This document shows positions 59,802 to 64,000 of a stretch of DNA of 64,000 bases, piece after piece. The translations under genes were made by a program, and so were the position numbers. The stretch is from Candidatus Nomurabacteria bacterium (GTDB lineage Bacteria; Patescibacteriota; Minisyncoccia; Phycocordibacterales; UBA9973): positions 1,236 through 65,235 of the forward strand of contig JAHFNH010000004.1 in assembly GCA_023267435.1 (NCBI GenBank). The letters are read 5' to 3'. The notes under the pieces were generated by a model. That model was not told the DNA's origin. It did not search any database and was given only the letters and a program-made list of their open reading frames with translations. Every line of letters begins with the position of its first letter. Within the stretch, counting starts at the first letter, position 1.

Positions 59802-60950
59802 TTGATAAAGCAAAAGAAAACTATATTTGTCGGTATGTCGGGTGGGGTGGATTCTTCTGTTTCCGCTGCTATTTTAAAAGACCAAGGATATGATGTCGTT
59901 GGGGTTTTTATTCGTACCTGGCATCCTGATTTTTTGGTTTGTAATGAAGAAGACGAACGCCGCGACGCTATGCGCGTCGCGGCGCATTTAGATATTCCAT
60001 TTCTGACTTTCGATCTTGCAGATGTATATAAAAAAGAAGTGGCTGATTATATGATTTCTGAATATAAGGCAGGACGCACTCCAAACCCAGATGTGATGTG
60101 TAATAAAGAAGTGAAGTTTGGCGCTTTTCTAAAAAAGGCACTAGAGATGGGTGCGGATTATGTGGCGACAGGGCATTATGCGCAGGTTTCATTAAATAAA
60201 AATTTAAAAGATTTTGGAGCCTTCGCCCTTGGAGAATTAAAGAGAGGGGGCTCTAAAAATCTTTCAAATTTTTCTTTAATTAAAGGCAAAGACCCTTCCA
60301 AAGATCAATGTTATTTTTTGTGGACATTAAAACAAGAACAACTAAAACATATTTTATTTCCAGTGGGACATTTAAATAAAACAGCTGTGAGAAAACTGGC
60401 GAAGAAATATAAATTACCAGTAGCAGAAAAGAAAGATAGTCAGGGTATATGTTTCTTGGGTGATATTGATTTGAAAGATTTTTTGAAACACTATATTAAA
60501 GAAAAAAGAGGGAAAATTTTGCTAGAAAATGGTGAAGAAATTGGATTCCATGACGGTGCGGTTTTCCATACTCTCGGTGAACGTCATGGTTTTACAATTA
60601 CCAAAAAAGGTCCGAATGATAGTGCGTATTATATTGTCGGAAAAGACGTAAAGAAAAATATTTTAGTTGTTTCGCAGAACCCCTCCCAACCCTCCCCTTA
60701 TCAAGGGGAGGGCGAGGGTGGGGTAATTAAAAAATTAGATAATGTGAATTTTATTTCAGGTATTCCAAATGAAAATAAAAATTATACAGCGCAGATAAGA
60801 TATCACGGAGAATTTTTAGATTGTAAAATTAAAATTACTGGAAAAACAACCGTTGAAGTAATTTTTGAAAAACCAGTATTAGTAGCGGGAGGTCAATCGG
60901 TAGTCTTTTATGATAAAGATATTTGTCTTGGCGGGGGAGTAATTATTTAG
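59802..60950 (+). CDS. mnmA: tRNA 2-thiouridine(34) synthase MnmA, carrying two in-frame palindromic insertions
   Basis: GMSGGVDSSV, GRTPNPDVMCN, ATGHYA, KDQ.YFL, KKDSQGICF, GQSVVFY..CLGGG. Confidence 0.96.
   Translation: MIKQKKTIFVGMSGGVDSSVSAAILKDQGYDVVGVFIRTWHPDFLVCNEEDERRDAMRVAAHLDIPFLTFDLADVYKKEVADYMISEYKAGRTPNPDVMCNKEVKFGAFLKKALEMGADYVATGHYAQVSLNKNLKDFGAFALGELKRGGSKNLSNFSLIKGKDPSKDQCYFLWTLKQEQLKHILFPVGHLNKTAVRKLAKKYKLPVAEKKDSQGICFLGDIDLKDFLKHYIKEKRGKILLENGEEIGFHDGAVFHTLGERHGFTITKKGPNDSAYYIVGKDVKKNILVVSQNPSQPSPYQGEGEGGVIKKLDNVNFISGIPNENKNYTAQIRYHGEFLDCKIKITGKTTVEVIFEKPVLVAGGQSVVFYDKDICLGGGVII
60191..60280. mobile_element. Palindromic element inserted in-frame in mnmA (uvrC-type, 90 nt)
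   Basis: Imperfect ~31-bp inverted repeat; core ATTTTGGAGCCTTCGCCCTyGGAG shared with the uvrC copy. Confidence 0.8.
60679..60724. repeat. CCCTCCCC/GGGGAGGG hairpin (DUF559-flank type) in-frame in mnmA
   Basis: ACCCCTCCCAACCCTCCCCTT-ATC-AAGGGGAGGGCGAGGGTGGGGT, translated as PSQPSPYQGEGEGG. Confidence 0.75.
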
Positions 60951-60956
60951 AAATGA

Positions 60957-60985
60957 AGCATACGGAGGAAAATCCTCCGTATGTT
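60957..60985. terminator. Hairpin/terminator after mnmA
   Basis: AGCATACGGAGG-AAAAT-CCTCCGTATGTT. Confidence 0.6.
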
Positions 60986-61069
60986 GAGCTTGCTTTTTGA
61001 ACTTTTTATGGTATACTTTTTGTAGATAGCAATATTGCTATTTGATAATTAAAAAAAGGAGGACAAACC

Positions 61070-61804
61070 ATGAAAAATGGAACCGATTCCCAAAAGCCGA
61101 GCCTGTCAGACAGAATACAGCAACTCGGATCACTTGCTGGATTTATCGTAGATTTTCTAGCAACAATTTTATCCTATGAACAAGTCAAATATTGGCTTGA
61201 ACATAAAACAGAATTAAAGAAAAATCTTATAGAAGCTTTTAAAATTGTAGATGAGTATGCTGATACCCGCGAAGAATGGCAAGAATTTTACAAAATAAAA
61301 TTTGGTTGGGATGTAGATTTTAGTCGAGTAATTATTCCAACAATGCCAATAGAAGGCAAATGGAGATTACTTATTCTTCCGAGAAGAATGGGACTCGATC
61401 TTGCTTTTGAAGCTTGCACAAAACTTTTTAAAACATGTAGGTATAATGATAACTTGGATGGTGCAGTTACAGAAAATATTCGCACAACTAGTGACCATTA
61501 TGCAGTGTGGGTACGAGATGAAATAGAACCCGATAAAGAATTTTTAGGAAAATCCACTCGTCAAGCGGATCCTGATATGAAAATCGGTGTTACTCTACTA
61601 GAAAGAATTATTTTTGAAATTAAGTATTTTACCGAAACAGGTAAGCATCTTGATGTAAAAGGATTAACTTTTTGTAGCGGTTCTCGGCCTTCCGTGGGTC
61701 TTGTGCCGTGCGCGGATTGGTACGGTGACAAGTTCAGGGTGGACTGGAGCGGCCTAGACAATTCTGATTCGGGCTACGGTATCCGTTCAGCAGTTGCTCT
61801 TTAG
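61070..61804 (+). CDS. Hypothetical protein, probable DGR target with C-terminal variable region
   Basis: Strong SD AAGGAGG; C-terminus CSGSR..G.VP.A.W..DKF.V.W...DNS.S.YGIR; A-depleted, GC-rich 3' end followed by a hairpin. Confidence 0.6.
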   Translation: MKNGTDSQKPSLSDRIQQLGSLAGFIVDFLATILSYEQVKYWLEHKTELKKNLIEAFKIVDEYADTREEWQEFYKIKFGWDVDFSRVIIPTMPIEGKWRLLILPRRMGLDLAFEACTKLFKTCRYNDNLDGAVTENIRTTSDHYAVWVRDEIEPDKEFLGKSTRQADPDMKIGVTLLERIIFEIKYFTETGKHLDVKGLTFCSGSRPSVGLVPCADWYGDKFRVDWSGLDNSDSGYGIRSAVAL

Positions 61805-61823
61805 TTTTTTAACTTTTAATATT

Positions 61824-61860
61824 AGAACCGTTTGCAAAATTTGCAGGCGGTTTTTTCTTT
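61824..61860 (+). terminator. Hairpin/terminator downstream of the putative variable region
   Basis: AACCGTTTGCAA-AAT-TTGCAGGCGGTT followed by T-tract. Confidence 0.65.
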
Positions 61861-61895
61861 TTGCATTCATTTTTGGCTTAAAGTATAATGGTTCT

Positions 61896-62366
61896 ATGTC
61901 TCAATATTTAATGCAAAATAGTGATTTAATTTTAAGGTTAGTGGTGGCTGTAGTGCTCGGTATGGTTATCGGAGCAGAAAGGCTTTTAGTGCACAAAGAA
62001 GCTGGAATGAAGACTCACGCGCTTGTTTCTATGGGTGCAGCGGTTTTTATGTTGGTCTCTGAAGCAATGGTAGTTAAATATATTAATCTTCCCGGTATGA
62101 ATCCAGTAATGATGCCTTCACAGATTATCGTCGGTATCGGTTTTCTTGGTGCTGGTTTAATTATTTTACAAGGCAATAGACTTATGGGCCTTACGACAGC
62201 TGGAGGGCTTTGGGTTACAGCTGGCATAGGTATGGCGGCAGGTTTCGGACTTTATAGTCTCGCAATTATTTCAACTATTTTGGTACTCTTTATTTTTATT
62301 GCTATGAATATTTTAGAGAAGCCACTCAGAAAAATTTCAGACGGTATGGAAAATCATTCTGATTAG
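61896..62366 (+). CDS. MgtC/SapB family membrane protein
   Basis: IGAER...AGMKTHALV, QIIVGIGFLGAGLI, GLTTAGGLWVTAGIGMAAG. Confidence 0.9.
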   Translation: MSQYLMQNSDLILRLVVAVVLGMVIGAERLLVHKEAGMKTHALVSMGAAVFMLVSEAMVVKYINLPGMNPVMMPSQIIVGIGFLGAGLIILQGNRLMGLTTAGGLWVTAGIGMAAGFGLYSLAIISTILVLFIFIAMNILEKPLRKISDGMENHSD

Positions 62367-62381
62367 ATAATCATCTTTTAA

Positions 62382-64000
62382 ATGGAATCAAAAAAGTTTT
62401 TGGATTATCTAAATAAAAAGTATTTTAATCTTCATAAAAATTACGAAGAACTTTTTTGGATTTCTTATATGGGTGATCATTCTGTCGACAATAAAAAAGA
62501 TGAAGCTCAAAAATTGCGCGATGAATTTAGGTCAGATCCAATACTTCTCGATAAGGTAAATATTTTTTTACGAAAAGACAATAATAAAGACAAGAAGCGC
62601 CTTTTGGCTTGGAAAATGTTTTTTGAAAGACACCAGACTCCGATAGAGCTCTTGAGTTTGAAAAATAAAATTATCAAATTAGAATCCGAAATAATGCGCA
62701 AAAGGGCTGCAAGAAAGGAAGGATATATCGAACCAAAAACAAAAAAATTCGTTAATGCATCCGAGAATGAAATGAGAATGATTAAGAGCACTCATTCGAA
62801 CGAAGATGTTCGCAAGGCCGCCTTTTATGCGATGGAGAACCTTGCTGTAACGTCTCTAAAAGAATATGTTCAATTGGTGGCATTGTTAAATCAATATGCC
62901 AAGAAAATGGGTTTTGAAGATTTTTATGCTTATAAGATAAACATAGAAGAAGGTTTAACTAAAAAAGAACTTTTTAAAATATTTGATGAGATTTTTGAAA
63001 AAACAAAATATGCCTATAAAGATATCAGAAAAATGGAAAAAAAAATACAAGGCTTGAGAAAGCCGTGGAATTTCAGTTATATGCTTTCGGGTGATTTTAC
63101 TAAAGAAGAAGATCCATATTTCCAATTTGAAGATGCGCTTATGAGATGGGGTCAATCTTTTTCAGCTTTAAATATAAAATATAGGGGCGGGGAATTGAAA
63201 CTTGATTTACTCGACCGCAAGGGAAAATGGAGTAATGGTTTTTGTCATTGGCCGAGGATAGTTTATTACGAAAATAATAAGAGATTTCCCGGTGCTTCGA
63301 ATTTTACTTGCAACGTTGTTTTTGGGCAAGTCGGTTCTGGTGCTCAAGGAATACACACTCTTTTCCATGAGGGCGGACATGCAGCACATCTTTTGAATTC
63401 TACTGAAACAGAATCATGTTTAAATCAGGAATATCCTCCAATGTCGACAGCTTGGGCTGAAACTCAAAGTATGTTTCTAGATACGCTTTTTTCAAGTATT
63501 GAATGGAAAACAAGATATGCTAAAAACAAAAATGGAGATCTTTATCCTTTTAGTTTATTTGAACGCAAAGCGAAAAAACTTTATCCTCTTTGGCCTCTCT
63601 CTATGAGAAGTATAATGTATGTCATGAATTTTGAGAAAGAAATTTATGAAGCGAAAAATTTAACTGAAGATAAAGTGAAGCTCATTTCTAAAAAGATTTA
63701 TAAAAAATATATGGATTTTACCGAAGACTCGCTTTCTATTCTCAATGTTCCGCATATTTATTCTTGGGAAAGTATTTGTTCTTATCATTCGTACGGTTTA
63801 GCTGAAATTTCTTTGTCACAATGGAGGGATTATTTTTATAAAAAATACGGATATATTGTAGATAATCCTAATGTGGGAAAAGAAATGACTAAAGTTTGGA
63901 AATTCGCGGCTTCAAAAAGTTATAAAGAAACAGTGAAGATTGCCACAGGGGAAAATCTTTCCGCGAAAAGTTATATAAATAATGTTACGATGAGTTTATC
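62382..64000 (+). CDS. M3-family metallopeptidase, truncated by the window end (absent from the ORF track)
   Basis: Open frame from ATG 62382; DLLDRKGKWSNGFCHWP, TLFHEGGHAAH, MSTAWAETQSM. Confidence 0.85.
   Translation, partial: MESKKFLDYLNKKYFNLHKNYEELFWISYMGDHSVDNKKDEAQKLRDEFRSDPILLDKVNIFLRKDNNKDKKRLLAWKMFFERHQTPIELLSLKNKIIKLESEIMRKRAARKEGYIEPKTKKFVNASENEMRMIKSTHSNEDVRKAAFYAMENLAVTSLKEYVQLVALLNQYAKKMGFEDFYAYKINIEEGLTKKELFKIFDEIFEKTKYAYKDIRKMEKKIQGLRKPWNFSYMLSGDFTKEEDPYFQFEDALMRWGQSFSALNIKYRGGELKLDLLDRKGKWSNGFCHWPRIVYYENNKRFPGASNFTCNVVFGQVGSGAQGIHTLFHEGGHAAHLLNSTETESCLNQEYPPMSTAWAETQSMFLDTLFSSIEWKTRYAKNKNGDLYPFSLFERKAKKLYPLWPLSMRSIMYVMNFEKEIYEAKNLTEDKVKLISKKIYKKYMDFTEDSLSILNVPHIYSWESICSYHSYGLAEISLSQWRDYFYKKYGYIVDNPNVGKEMTKVWKFAASKSYKETVKIATGENLSAKSYINNVTMSL

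Noticed and set aside
1-64000. CRISPR array, rRNA, transposase or reverse transcriptase genes; the many antisense ORFs in the track
   Set aside because: I saw no regularly spaced repeats or recognisable motifs, and the antisense ORFs overlap well-supported genes.

Overview
AT-rich bacterial chromosome segment whose gene content and style fit a Patescibacteria/CPR genome, probably Parcubacteria-like (inferred from streamlined housekeeping genes, a VirB2/TrbC-type pilin array and mostly leaderless genes without Shine-Dalgarno sites). Housekeeping genes: uvrA, short uvrC, ddl-like, secA, murE/murD/murC, rpsA, gyrA, rbfA, infB, iscS, clpB, typA, mltG, mnmA and five tRNAs. Also present: a Zur-znuACB/YibE zinc locus, mgtA, mgtC, many surface and pilin-like proteins, and an M3 peptidase that runs off the end. 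The most striking signals not explained by these genes are: (1) ~85-90 nt palindromic elements inserted in-frame in uvrC, iscS and mnmA; (2) a DUF559 endonuclease gene bracketed by CCCTCyCC...GGrGAGGG hairpins, with a related copy in-frame in mnmA, suggesting a nuclease/palindrome mobile system; (3) a dispersed 32-34 nt double-hairpin repeat with compensatory changes; (4) a probable remote DGR target gene with an A-depleted variable 3' end; (5) a 23-aa Lys/Ala histone-H1-like micro-protein; (6) several candidate structured ncRNAs. All calls were made by eye; no database searches were run.
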